DNA from: Nemertoderma westbladi
Taxonomy: Eukaryota; Animalia; Xenacoelomorpha
Assembly (NCBI GenBank): GCA_032718475.1
Contig: JAUCBJ010005235.1
Location: forward strand, 1 to 38,542
Length of the DNA: 38,542 nucleotides
Direction: 5' to 3'
Part shown: positions 26,530-38,252 of the stretch, in pieces
Numbering within the stretch: position 1 is the stretch's first letter
How the letters are laid out: every line of letters starts with the position of its first letter
Program-made: the position numbers and the translations under genes
Notes under the pieces: generated by a model
What the model saw: only the letters and a program-made list of their open reading frames with translations
What the model was told of the DNA's origin: nothing
Database searches by the model: none

Positions 26530-27910
26530 TACTACTACTAGGTCGAGCGAACTCGGACAGTGGAAATGAGATCCTTCCAGGCTTCCCGATTCTCCATAGT
26601 TGTCGCAATTTCGTTTCTCCCAAGTTCAGTATTTCAAGTTGATCTATATATGTTATGGCCGGTCGTCCACGACTACGCTTTCCATGAGTTGGTTGCCAGA
26701 GAAGTAGATCTGGTATGACCTCGTCTTTACTTCGCCAGCAGTGCCAACTGAATCTTAATCTGCGTCCACGGAGGGTGGTTGATACAGGTGGTATTGTACC
26801 ATAAAGCTCGGCGTTTGTCATGTGTTGTCTCCAGCAGATGTTTAGGGCTGCCCTTAGTAGACTTGTGTAGCAACCATCAATTCGTTGTTCAAGTGATTTA
26901 GTCAGTGTCCAGGTCTCGCCCCCGTATAAAAATACACTTTCCACTGTGGCTCGAAAGAACTTAGTCTTCGGGTGCCTGGAGAGATCTGATTTCCAGATGG
27001 TATCCATTTTTGATAGAGCTACCCAAGCCTTTGCTTTCCTAACTTCTCTATGTCCTTTTTGCTACTCTCTATCCATGATCCTAGGTACTGGAAGTCGTCA
27101 ACCTTCCTTAGTTGATTATTATCAATGGTTGTCAAGTTTCCATCAACATTAAAGGTCATGAATTCGGTCTTTGTAGCATTTATATGCAATCCAACCTCCT
27201 TAGCAGCCCTCTCCACTTTATTTAGTAGAAGCTGTGCATCTGCTAGCGTATTAGAGAGCAGGGCGATGTCATCCGCAAAGTCGGTGTCTGTGACTGTAGT
27301 TGCCGGATATCTACTACTTCTGCGTTCTTGAAGTGTGAATCCCAGGTCTTCACCCTTTGTGGCTGTCCTCATTGCGTAATCCAGTACAATTACAAATAGT
27401 AATGGTGCTAATGTGTCACCTTGCAGTACGCCAGCCAGGATTGAGAAAAACTCAGTTTCACCATCTGGTGAGAGTACCTGCGCTTCTGTGTCACAATATA
27501 ACAATCCAATGCCAGCAACAATTACTTCTGGTATTCCATAAGCTCTTAGGATTTCAAGCATTTTGCCTCTATTGATGGAGTCGAATGCCTTCTTGAAGTC
27601 CACAAAAGTCATGACTGCGGGGAGATTCTTTGACTTAATTCCTTCAATCAGTCTCCGTAGTGCAAGTATCTGAGCTATTGTTGATCTACTTGGTCTAAAT
27701 CCGTTTTGGCTCTTACGCAGTAGTTTCTCTATGTGAGGCTTCTAATCCTATATAGAATCATTTTATTGTATATTTTGGCAGCTACCACAAGCAGACAGAT
27801 CCCACGATAGTGTGTTGGTATACCGAGGTCTCCTTTCTTGGGGAGAGGCTTTAGTTGACCTTTAGTCCAAATTGGTGGTGGCTTTTCCCCTTTTAACATC
27901 CGGTTATATC
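26530..27910 (-). mobile_element. 5'-truncated, frameshifted RTE-like non-LTR retrotransposon (RT plus C-terminal region) in mex3 intron 2
   Basis: RT motifs PKKGDL...YRGICL, FVDFKKAFDS, GVLQGDTLAPLLF, DTDFADD, FQYLGS, LYGGETW and RSRGRP spread over three broken ORFs. Has a (TAG)n tail. Perfect direct repeat CGATATACATTTAC at 26516-26529 and 27911-27924. Confidence 0.95.
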
Positions 27911-27961
27911 CGATATACATTTACGATATAATAATTATAATATGAAAGATGAAACACTCAC

Positions 27962-28182
27962 CTTTGTGGTTATTTGTCCCGGTATGTTTGAGTTGGGAGA
28001 CGGCATGCTATTCTTCCGTTGCGCCCGTATCTGGCTGAAGTGTTCCGCCGCCAATAGTATCTCTTTCTCTACATCGTGGACGGCTTCCGGTCTCCCGGTC
28101 ACTTTGAACGCCGGCTCTTCGCCACGCACTGGCGTCTTGATGTATGTGTTGGTTTTGGCGCGAAGTGCTTTGATCTTACACC
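27962..28182 (-). CDS. mex3: MEX3 coding exon 2 (rest of KH1 and linker)
   Basis: Acceptor ...CCCCTTCCTCCCGCAG|GG TGT completes the split Gly. Translates [35 protein letters not shown]...[14 protein letters not shown]...PGQITTK. Donor AAG|GTGAGT. 221 nt, phase 1 to 0. Confidence 0.97.
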
Positions 28183-30220
28183 CTGCGGGAGGAAGGGGGG
28201 GGGGGGTTATAATAATTCCTAGAAATTTTATTAATATTGCTTTATGTCTGTCGGCGTTCAACCGTACAGCGTTTTATTATTATAACGTGGAACAAACTGA
28301 TCGAATCTTATCAAATGAGCCGCCACCAATCCACAGCCCTAACAACCACCAGTGACTAAAGTAAATTAATTTCAGCGTTGGAGGGAGTCCGGTGTGTGGA
28401 AGCTGGTGTGTGTTGTGTAGGTTAGGGGGGGGGGGGGGGTAAGACGGGTTGTATTCCATTAAACTTCCTATGCAACGATAAGAGCTAAGCGAAAACGGGA
28501 GTATCTCAATCGCACATAATTCATATAAATGACTCAGAGGCTTTATTTTCAGCTTTAACTCATCCAATTTAAGCATAATAGATATGGGGCATTCGTTTAG
28601 CAATACCTCATGACATCTTAGGGTATATCTTCTCAATATACGCGATATGTGTTTTACATGAGGAGTACGCCACTAATTCATTACCAATCCACAACCCACA
28701 TACGCATAACTTATAAAACGGAAAAACACATATATATATAAACTTTATGGAATAAACGACTTCAGTTCAGTTCTATGGCTAGTTGTATTTGGCGTCCGAC
28801 ACACACACACACCCACCACAACCACAAAGAGATTTGGAAAACGACAATACATACAGTTCGCTGAAATGGCTTGAAGTTTTGACAAGCCCCACCCCCACAC
28901 CAAAATATTCGATACCAAAATTCAATAGCCATCACATAGCCTAGTTCACCTTCCTGTTTAATACGTTTAGTGTTAATGATGAACTAATAACATTAATAGG
29001 CCTAGTTTAACAGGATATAGTTAATCTGCGAACTACCTAATTATATTATAAATGTTGTGTTCGAAGAAAATATAGGCGGTTACTTAATATGAATGAATTA
29101 TAATAAGTCACCTTCAAGAATAAGTAATAACAACGCCTCATATTTCTCGAGGTCAGTGAATATACCGCCGTCCGATATATTGTGAGTCACTTAAAGCATA
29201 GTGTATACCAACGCGGCAAGTAAGTAAATCATAGCGTGTGTGTGCACTCCCTCCCATAAACAAACAACGCAGACGTAAAGCCAAAGACACGGGTTGACGT
29301 CAGTCATACCAGGGTGTGGTTGAACAGATCCATCGAGCGCGATATACATCAGAAGTAGCCCTTAGAAGCTCAAATAATAATATGCTTTGCTCTACAACAG
29401 TGATGTAAGGCGTGGCATATTATATTCTATGTGTATCCAGTTCAATCACAAGCATCATGTGAAAAGCGATACACTTCTACGATTACGGCGCACTCCGTAT
29501 TATACACCTGGAAACTTTCGAAATTTATAACTTTTGTACTTAACCTGCCTGAGTGCAAGCTGAGCTGTAATTCCCTCCTGAAATGAAACACTGCGATAAC
29601 GCATATATTGCTATAGTAGCATAGGCCTTCCTTACCTTACAGCTATACTCATTCATAGTTCAGAGAAAGAAATACAAAGTGATTGAATACGTTGTGTCTT
29701 TCGCAAGCATTGTTTGCGTTGAATTGTTATGCAACTATCAAGTACCATCGACTCTATACAGGCCTATATAAAATCAATATTGACAGAATTGTGGTTAATA
29801 TCTGATTTCCATGTATTCTAAAGATAAATCTTTGTTATGTAGGACACAATATATAACAATTTAAACAAACACAGGTTAATCTGATGAACAAACTGTTTCC
29901 ACATGTCAAAGTCAAGAAATTTACCATATCGAAAAAATGGAGTTTGGCGAGTCTACAGCAGACCTATGTTTCTCGCCAACCGACATAGATTAGATTGTCC
30001 AACACATTGAGAATAAAAATGAAATCGGCATAGACCACTGCCATAATAATATATATTAATTGCCTTTCAACAAAACAATGAACCAGATAAAACATTACTC
30101 AAAGCCAAAGGCGGTAATGATGGATCATAGTCTAGCTATATTAATGGATGGATACCATTAACATTATGAAAAATATTTAAACTATATTCAAGAAAAAAAA
30201 TTAAATAGACGATACACTGC

Positions 30221-30312
30221 CTATAGTTAGGTGGAAACAGGACGCAAATCCCATCTCGGTTAATTCATTTATCATTTCAATGTTCGAATCTCAATATATG
30301 GAAAGGAGCAGG
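30221..30312 (-). repeat. Dispersed repeat fragment, copy 2
   Basis: GGAAACAGGACGCAAATCCCATCTCG...TCAATGTT...GGAAAGGAGCAGG is the inverted counterpart of 1383-1472. Confidence 0.75.
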
Positions 30313-31157
30313 TTACAGTGGCACGTTATCAGCAATTATTAGGGTTGATTTTCCCGTAGAGAGGGATGCGTTGAATTATTCCCACTATTTGCCGTGGTAG
30401 CCTATACTTTCTTGATATATAGTTAGGTATCGGTCCAGAAAACAGGGGTGGCAACTCTAAGGGATATTTCTCTCTCTCTTGGCTATTACCTGTATGCATG
30501 AAGGATGGCGTCACTTTAACTCCCAGGGTTGAACGCTGTGAAACTCTAAATAAACTACAGATACGCCATAGCAGAGACATCTATATTTATTATCTGATTT
30601 AGTACAGCGCGGCCATTAAACTAAGTTCGTCCACCGTATGAATCAAGCTGAATTATACCCCATGTAGGGATCGTCAGAAACTGTAATAAGGCCCATCCCT
30701 ACGGACAACCCTCTATAACTTATATAAGTCATGGATATGATCCTCGCCCATGCATGCCTAGCCTAAGGCTGCATGTACACTGTACATCACGACTTCGTTA
30801 TAGATCCAGATGGACTGAGACTCGTTACACTGTCACATATTGGAAGGCACCGGCACTGCAGAGATATAACAACTCAAAAATGTTAACAGATTAATAAGTA
30901 AATCAGCGATGCGATATGCCCAAGCCGCAACCGCAGCTTTACATTCTATACCACTTTGCTATAAATTTATAGAAATACCAATGGTAATATAGGCCTATTG
31001 CCTTTACTTAATTAACAACATTCGCATTCCCTTAGGAGCCCCATATAATAAAGCCTAAACGTGTAAGTTAGTTAGTAGGGTACCGGAAAAGAAATAGGCT
31101 ATAAAAATGAGACATGGTCTGATTGTTCGATATCATTCATTACGTTACGTAGGCCTA

Positions 31158-32180
31158 CTGTATGCATGTTTGTGTTTCATCACCATGTCAGGAAATCGTA
31201 ACTCAGTGACATGGACCACCCCCCCCCCCCCCCCCCCCCCAGAACCCCATCCCATTTTTTTTACAGATTTTAAATATAATGCACGAAATTAACTTCCCGA
31301 CCACCTACTGGGTAAGCCAGAATTTTTAATTTTGCTTTCATCCTTTAGCTACAAGCATTTTATAAAAAAATGTATTTCCAGCGATTTTGCACCAGTTACA
31401 TCGCAGCAGTTATTCCTTAACCTATAAATATAGCTGGCCGTGCAATGATTCCAAAAATGTAAAATATATTTGAATTTGGTTGGGAAATACCTGACATATG
31501 GGCATTCGAATGTTGCATGTATTTGCTTCCGCTGCAGGCTATTTATTCGATTTAATAAATAACATTGTTCTAGAACATTTTGTTTAAGTATGAATATCGA
31601 CGAACTAGTATTATTATTATAGTCATTATATAGTTGCCCAGCTACTTAAACAACATGTTTCATAATATTGAGTATATAATTTATTAAATAGGCCTAGAGC
31701 ATTAATGAGGTGGTTACAAAGATAATATGGGCATTAAATGCCCATATCTCAGCAAAGGCTACTGATCGGACCCATCGCTCAATTGACCGGACCCGTTGAC
31801 TGGACGAGTAGTCCCTTCTCCATATCTCAGCTATTCCTCAACCAAATTCAAATTCATTTTTACACATTTGCAATCCTTGCACGGCCAGCTTTCCATTGTT
31901 ACCAACAAATAACGGATAAACAAAAAAGGTTGAATAATAACTGCGTGTTGAAGAATAACTATACGACTGGTGCAATATAGATGGAGATGATTGAACATTG
32001 AAAGCGAAAATACAAATTCTGACTCACCCAGCAAGGGGAGGGAGATGAAACTAACTCTGTTTCAAATTTCATGCAATCTCATTAAGACGTGTAGAAAAAT
32101 TGGGGGTGGGGGGTGGGGGGCGGGGTGGTTCATGTCACTGAATTATGATAGGGCATTGTGAAATTGTTATAAGAACACTG
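31158..32180. mobile_element. Old inverted-repeat element, ~1 kb, in mex3 intron 1
   Basis: ATCGTAACTCAGTGACATGGACCACCCC plus poly-C at ~31195-31265 is a diverged inverted copy of GGGGTGGTTCATGTCACTGAATTATGAT with its preceding G-runs at ~32091-32149. The right end CACTG|TA looks Tc1/mariner-like. Outer boundaries are uncertain. Confidence 0.55.
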
Positions 32181-32360
32181 TAGACGTTGTAGACAGGATA
32201 TTTCATCGTAATTTTAACTTTAACATAAATAACAAGAAAAATATATGAGAAAAAAAGTTGAGACAACTGGAAATTACACACGGTAATACGGTTTCTGGGG
32301 AAAAACAACCGGAAAATCTACTACCAAAAACCAAACATAACTAAGAGGCCTATAACTAAC

Positions 32361-32580
32361 CTTGTCTCCCAACAATTTCTGCAACATGTTCTGATGTGGG
32401 AACCTTCACGGTTATTGTTGTGTTCTGGCTTTTACATTTGAGTGGGTGGTTATATGTGATAGTTTCATCATCAGCACCGAGTCCTAGCGAGGACAATGTG
32501 TCAGCGAACGAAACAGGATGATCGGCAAAGTCTAGAGCACCGTTTGTGATTGATTCGGGTGGGAACAACGAGGACGGCAT
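32361..32580 (-). CDS. mex3: MEX3 RNA-binding protein, first coding exon (N-terminus and start of KH1)
   Basis: Translates MPSSLF...KSQNTTITVKVPTSEHVAEIVGRQG. MPSSL and VPxSEHVAEIVGRQG are characteristic of MEX3. Ends CAAG|GTTAGT, a phase-1 donor at 32360. Confidence 0.95.
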
Positions 32581-33970
32581 TGCAAAAAATATATTTAAGT
32601 ATCAAAATACAATTTATTGTAACAAAATTATAATATATACTATAGAACAAAATAACTAAATATACTAAAAAAAAACGTCAATATGAAGGGAATGCAGACA
32701 AAAAATGCTTAGGACCCTATACTATTTCTCTATATTTCAGAATTGTTGATTACAAAGAGGACATAAACATGCATGGCATGATGGCAGGAGACAGCATGTA
32801 CTGATGTACAACAACATTGTCCTATTCAGCTTTTGAAGTAGGCCTACCGTAATAAAGTAACTGCAAACGTATTGCATATTAGTATATGTATATACGCCTA
32901 TGACTTCATCGTCAATTTTGATCTGTGCAATTATTTAATTGTAATTTGATGTCTTTATGATACCGGTTCTTAAAGTGCAATTTTATGTCAATATTATTGG
33001 ATTAAAACAATGAAATGAAATGTAATGGATACACAACCGCTCTGGTACCGACTGTTCGGGTTCACCTAGTACCCTGTCATATGCTTAACACAAAAGAGCA
33101 ATATGTTCGGCTTATGGCAGTGAGGCACCGCACAATAACATATCCGCTCAGCATATTGCGGAACGGTATGAAAGCTAAGCTAAAAAAGACAATATATCTT
33201 GCGCGTGAGCCACTCACACACAACGCATATCAAAACTCTGGGACAATTTAGCCGTGTTGGTACCAGTACTGATGTACTGGGCTGGGACGTTCAGTTCAGA
33301 CGTTTTAGTTTTAATGTTTTCTGCCTTCTATAGCAGCGGAAGTCTGTAAGTAGTCAGGTACCGGTAGCGGTAGGCATGTATTGCAATCACTTGGAAATTG
33401 CAAATAGGGCGCATGGGATAGGTACCGCACTACGGTATGCCATGCGCTACATTTGCAATCTGCGGTATTACCGCAGTGCTACCGGCCACCTGGCAGCCTG
33501 GTAGCACGAACTTGGAAATTAAAAAGTAGTGTCAGAGTGCAGGAGTGTGTAGTAGCGGGTGAAGCCTATGCTGCTATGCAGTGCCAGTGCTGCAGTGCCA
33601 GGGCAGGCTATGCAGCTATGCCAGTGATACATTGTATGTCTGTATGTAGAAATGTAGTAAATTGTTAATTCAGTAATTAGTAGGTAGGCTACCTCTGTCT
33701 GTCTGTACTTGACCTCTGTACACTGCTGCACTGTACTGCTGTATCTATCTGCACCTGCAATGCTGCACTACTGCACTACCGGTAGGCCAAATGCATCACC
33801 GTTCTGCAGTTTACTAATAATACTGTACTACGGACGGCTAGACGGTGACGGTACGGTACCGGTACTGTTTACAAGTTCTTCCGTTAGTCAGTTCTTGCTT
33901 CTTGGCACCGTACCCCGTGCCGTACCAGGAGCTGAGGCGGTACAGCAAATGTAAAATTGCGGTTCCAATT

Positions 33971-34679
33971 GGTAAAACGAAGTTAGATCCTGCAAGGCCT
34001 GACTTTGATGAACTTAGATCTTTCCGAACTTAGGTCCTATGTATGCGAACGTAGATCCTACCTAGGTGAACTTAGATCCTACCTAGGTAATAAACTTAGA
34101 TCCTAACTTGGTGAACTTAGATCCCAGTTTATCCTATTAAAGCCATTGGTAATCATCATCCTAATCGTGAAGCGAACTTGGATCCCACGTTAAAGCAAAG
34201 CGAACTTAGATCTTAGGTGAATTTAGATCCCAATTTATACAAATTCCTTAGCACACGCTAGAGGATAAGCGAACTTAGATCCCACGTGTCGTGTACTTTG
34301 CGTTTAAAGTAGTTGCGATCCCGATCAGTGACTCACCAACAAACTACAATTTGCCAATTTAGGCCTATAGCTAATTCGTTGCATTGTATTATGGTGGCTA
34401 TGGCTAAGTTCGCTTCCCTTCACACAGACACAATAACACAGCTACGGCCTACGGTACAGCAAAATATGCAAGGTGGGATCTAAGTTCGTATGTTTAGGAT
34501 CTAAGTTCCTATGGGAAGGATCTAAGTTCGTATGGGAAGGATCTAAGTTCCTATGGGAAGGATCTAAGCTCCTATGGGAAGGATCTAAGTTCGTATGGGA
34601 AGGATCTAAGTTCCCCAAGATCTAACAGTCTAAGTTCGTTCAGGATATAAGGTCCTCTAGGATCTAAAGCCGGGGAACC
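33971..34679. mobile_element. Foldback/MULE-like non-autonomous element, 709 bp, 9-bp TSD
   Basis: GTTCCAATT at 33962-33970 and 34680-34688. Imperfect termini GGT...TTAGATCCT. Many GAACTTAGATCC motifs in the left arm and inverted GGATCTAAGTTC motifs in the right arm, including a 21-bp tandem run at ~34497-34615. Confidence 0.85.
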
Positions 34680-34982
34680 GTTCCAATTTCAGTGTATTAA
34701 AATTATTAATTTCGTTACCGGTACCTATATGTTTTTATAATTTTAATAAGAAAGAGAGTTCAATTCATTCATTCAGCACACCAGCGCAGCGGTAGCCGGT
34801 AGGTTGGTTTTGGTTTGATAATGACTGAATATCCTGAATCGAAATAGGGCCTAATGAAAATAACAGCGATAGTTAATACTTTAAATTTGTGAAAATTTTG
34901 TACGGTATTACAGTATTCTGTTAGGCCTATCTGCCTTTCTGCCTATGGCATATTGTGCTGGTTGTGCAGTTGTGGGGATGTG

Positions 34983-35130
34983 GGGGCGAGTCGATTCGTC
35001 TTCGCCCCTCGACCTATTCGCCCCAATTATTTTCGCCACAGATTTTTGGGGCTTATGGACCTGGCACCTGGGGCGAATCGACTTTGTCAGTTGACCGATT
35101 CGCCCCACCTTCCAAGTCTATTCGCCCCAT
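34983..35130. mobile_element. Short foldback/MITE-like remnant
   Basis: Clustered GGGGCGA(A/G)TCGA motifs and inverted ATTCGCCCC motifs in both orientations. No termini or TSD resolved. Confidence 0.5.
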
Positions 35131-35459
35131 ACTGCCATATCAATTTATTTAATGTTTTGTCTTTTGACTAATATTAGGCCTAATGATTCCGGTAAATGAA
35201 CAGTCTCAGTACCGGTACATTTAATTTACAAAGTTAGCCTACAACTTGCAACTGTCTTTACAAAGTTAATTTTATCAAGACGTTTCGAATTAATACAGAA
35301 TTCATCATCAGTAAATTAATAGTGGAATAGACCTAAGCCTATTGGTAAAATATAACTAATAGAGTAGGCCTAAACGAGAAAACGGCACGATAACCAGATA
35401 GAGATAACGGAATACAAAAATTGTCACAAAAATACAAATAATTTATCAGGGAAAATACG

Positions 35460-35975
35460 TAGGCCCACATGCCACATAAAACAGTACACAAACTGACATA
35501 CTGACAAACACAGGTCCTGAGGTCAGGTCACCGGTCAGCCGGTACACAGTGCTCAGTCGGCAGTCTGTCAGTACCGGTACTGCCAACTGCAGTACTGCTA
35601 CTAAAACTAACTGACTGCGGTCAGGCAGTACCGGCAGTGGCAGACAGACTCTGCTTCATACTGTCATACTTTCACACTATTTACACTGCCAGACCGCAAG
35701 ACTGCGGAGTACATTGTTTGTGTTTCACTCACACAGCGGCACAGCCCAACAGCCCTAACCAAAAATTATTAATTTATTAAACCTAAGTCTTAACCCTGAC
35801 AGCTGGAAACAAGGAATATGCCATTATCAGCGCCCTGACATTATCTTTTGAAAGCTTGAAGCTTTTAGCTGAATAATTCCACCTATCCTCAGCTGGACAA
35901 AAATTCGGCGATGTGATTGGTTGCTTGTCTTAATTTCCTTTGGGTTCTCTGGTTGGCAAGGAAAGTTATTGGTCA
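35460..35975 (-). promoter_or_regulatory. Possible mex3 promoter or non-coding first exon region
   Basis: Two CCAAT boxes on the minus strand (~35916-35920 and 35968-35972), followed in the direction of transcription by a GC-richer segment with a GTGAGT donor-like site near 35727-35732. Motif-only evidence. Confidence 0.25.
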
Positions 35976-37128
35976 ATAGTTTCTGGAGCCTTGTACAGTT
36001 GTAGTGTAAACGTATTCATGTTTATAACACTAGGAGACGTAGCTGTATTTTATTACCACTGCACTGTCCATGGTTAGTATTGATTGTAGAGATATGTAAT
36101 TAGCTAAGGTCAAACAGTACACGCAAATCGCCCATGCTTTACCACTGCCTCATCTGCACCCCCTATGTGGGGATTCTTATGTGAAAGGTACGGTCAAAGA
36201 TGTAACAGGGTCGAAACTCGAAGCTTCCGCACATTATTTTAACAATTTTAACACGCATCAAAACTTACACAAAATGGGTCAAAGAAACCAAAGGTTCGAG
36301 GTTCCATAGTTGGTTGGGTAAAATGTTACGTGTAAACTAGTTACATAGACACGTGCAGAACTCAGCTGCACGTCTAATTTCTGATTGCCGCAATTAGGGA
36401 AAAAGGTAACCCATAGAATATTGCATTGATTTTATACCTTTTTCCCGGCGAAACAGTAAAATAAAATATTTTTTGGAATTTCTTAAACTTCATTACATGT
36501 GTGATGAATTACATGTGGGATTGCACGTACTGCAATATGAGCTAAATCCTAATAGAGCACACACTCAAAAGTTATTACAACTTCATTGCTTCCAAGGCGT
36601 GTTCCAAAACGAACTCTATATCCAATATTGTTTTTTGTAGTTAAGCGGCTCTCTACTGTAGTTACGTAGGCCTAATAGAATATTCGAGAATACTAAATTT
36701 TTTAACATTAAGTAAGGCAGCATCAGGAGTTTTGAAGAGTATAATGATTGGAATCGAAGTAACTATGGAAACAATATACAGTTGTAAATTACTGCAGTTC
36801 AATTTCTTCCAAAACTTCCATCTTTTTTTTATCGTTCTATCTTTCATTAAAGAATTATGTAAGCAACAAAAAGGTACTAAATTAAGAATATAATTTAAAA
36901 CGAGCGATAAATTATAGTATTTAGATGAAAATGAAGGAGGAGAAGTAAATTTGAAATGAAATATAAAAAAGTATGTACTACTGAAATTCCAAAACGCAAT
37001 TTCCTTTCAAGTTTTAAACCATATAATCCGCTCAAAACTGTCGTACTCGGAGCTGTCATTCGGTAAGTAACATTTGGTACTAAAGGCTACACACCATCTC
37101 AATAAAATTATCATAATGCGGGTTTTCG

Positions 37129-38252
37129 GGGTAAATCTTTTCGACCTACGCGTAGGCCTACGCGTAGCTACGCGTAGTTTGTAACTTCCATTCCTGTCAT
37201 TTACCGGTAGGGCCAGACTTACTGCCTTTTTAACAACTACGCGTAGGTGTTTTAAAACTACGCGTAGTTATTTTGGAACTACGCGTAGATATTTTGAAAC
37301 TACGCGTAGGTGCTACGCGTAGCAGTCCTGATAACAATGATTTTTCATTTCAGGTCCGGTAGGGTTGAGTTGTTAGGCAAGTATCGGTACATGTCAGGTA
37401 TCTGATTATCAGACAAATGTAATATCAGAATCGGAAACTCATATCACACATACAGCACTGGTAATAAATAATATTCGGCTCTTTCACATACAAACACAGA
37501 GGATGAATAAAAAGTAAACTTAAAATTCACGTCTCATGATTCAAGTATCTTTGTTTCCATTGGATTATTTAAATATTGAACAGTAGTAAATAAAGCGACC
37601 AGTCTACCGGTGAAGAGGTTAAGCGAAAGCTGATAAATACTGCATATAATCAAATTGTTTGGTCAAATGACAAGTGCAACCAATCATGGTAGACAATTTA
37701 GTCTCCCCCTTCCCTTGTCAAGGGGTTAACATATTAAAAACAGTATATCCTAGTTGCCCTATCGTGAACAAAGGCAATAAGAAGCATAGAGAATCGATAA
37801 GAACCATCGGCCTATTTCCTTTGTAAACTATTTTTGAACTCTAAACATTAATTATTAACACATTTTACCGCCCGCAACGCATGAAGTGAAGAATATGTAG
37901 TTTTCGCGTATTCCTCTATATAGAGTATACAGGTATAGGATACATTACTGTTGAAAGCATTTGATGGTTGTGGGTTGTTTATTGAACATACCGTATTGTG
38001 TCTTATTTTAGTACTGACTCGCTTGGAATACGTAAGCCTACTAATGATAAACGACGTATAGGCATAGTTATGGGTAGCACCTATGCGTAGGTCGCGTAGG
38101 ACCTACGCGTAGCTACGCGTAGCACCTACGCGTAGTTATTGTTAAAACTCTGAAACTGGTGATATATGACCCAATGTTGCGAACTACGCGTAGCTACGCG
38201 TAGCTACGCGTAGCTACGCGTAGGCCTACGCGTAGGTCGAAAAGATTTACCC
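37129..38252. mobile_element. Non-autonomous DNA transposon (MITE-like), ~1.1 kb, with TIRs and 8-bp TSD
   Basis: Left end GGGTAAATCTTTTCGACCTACGCGTAGGCCTACGCGTAGCTACGCGTAG is the reverse complement of the right end. Flanked by GGTTTTCG at 37121-37128 and 38253-38260. No internal ORF. Confidence 0.93.
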
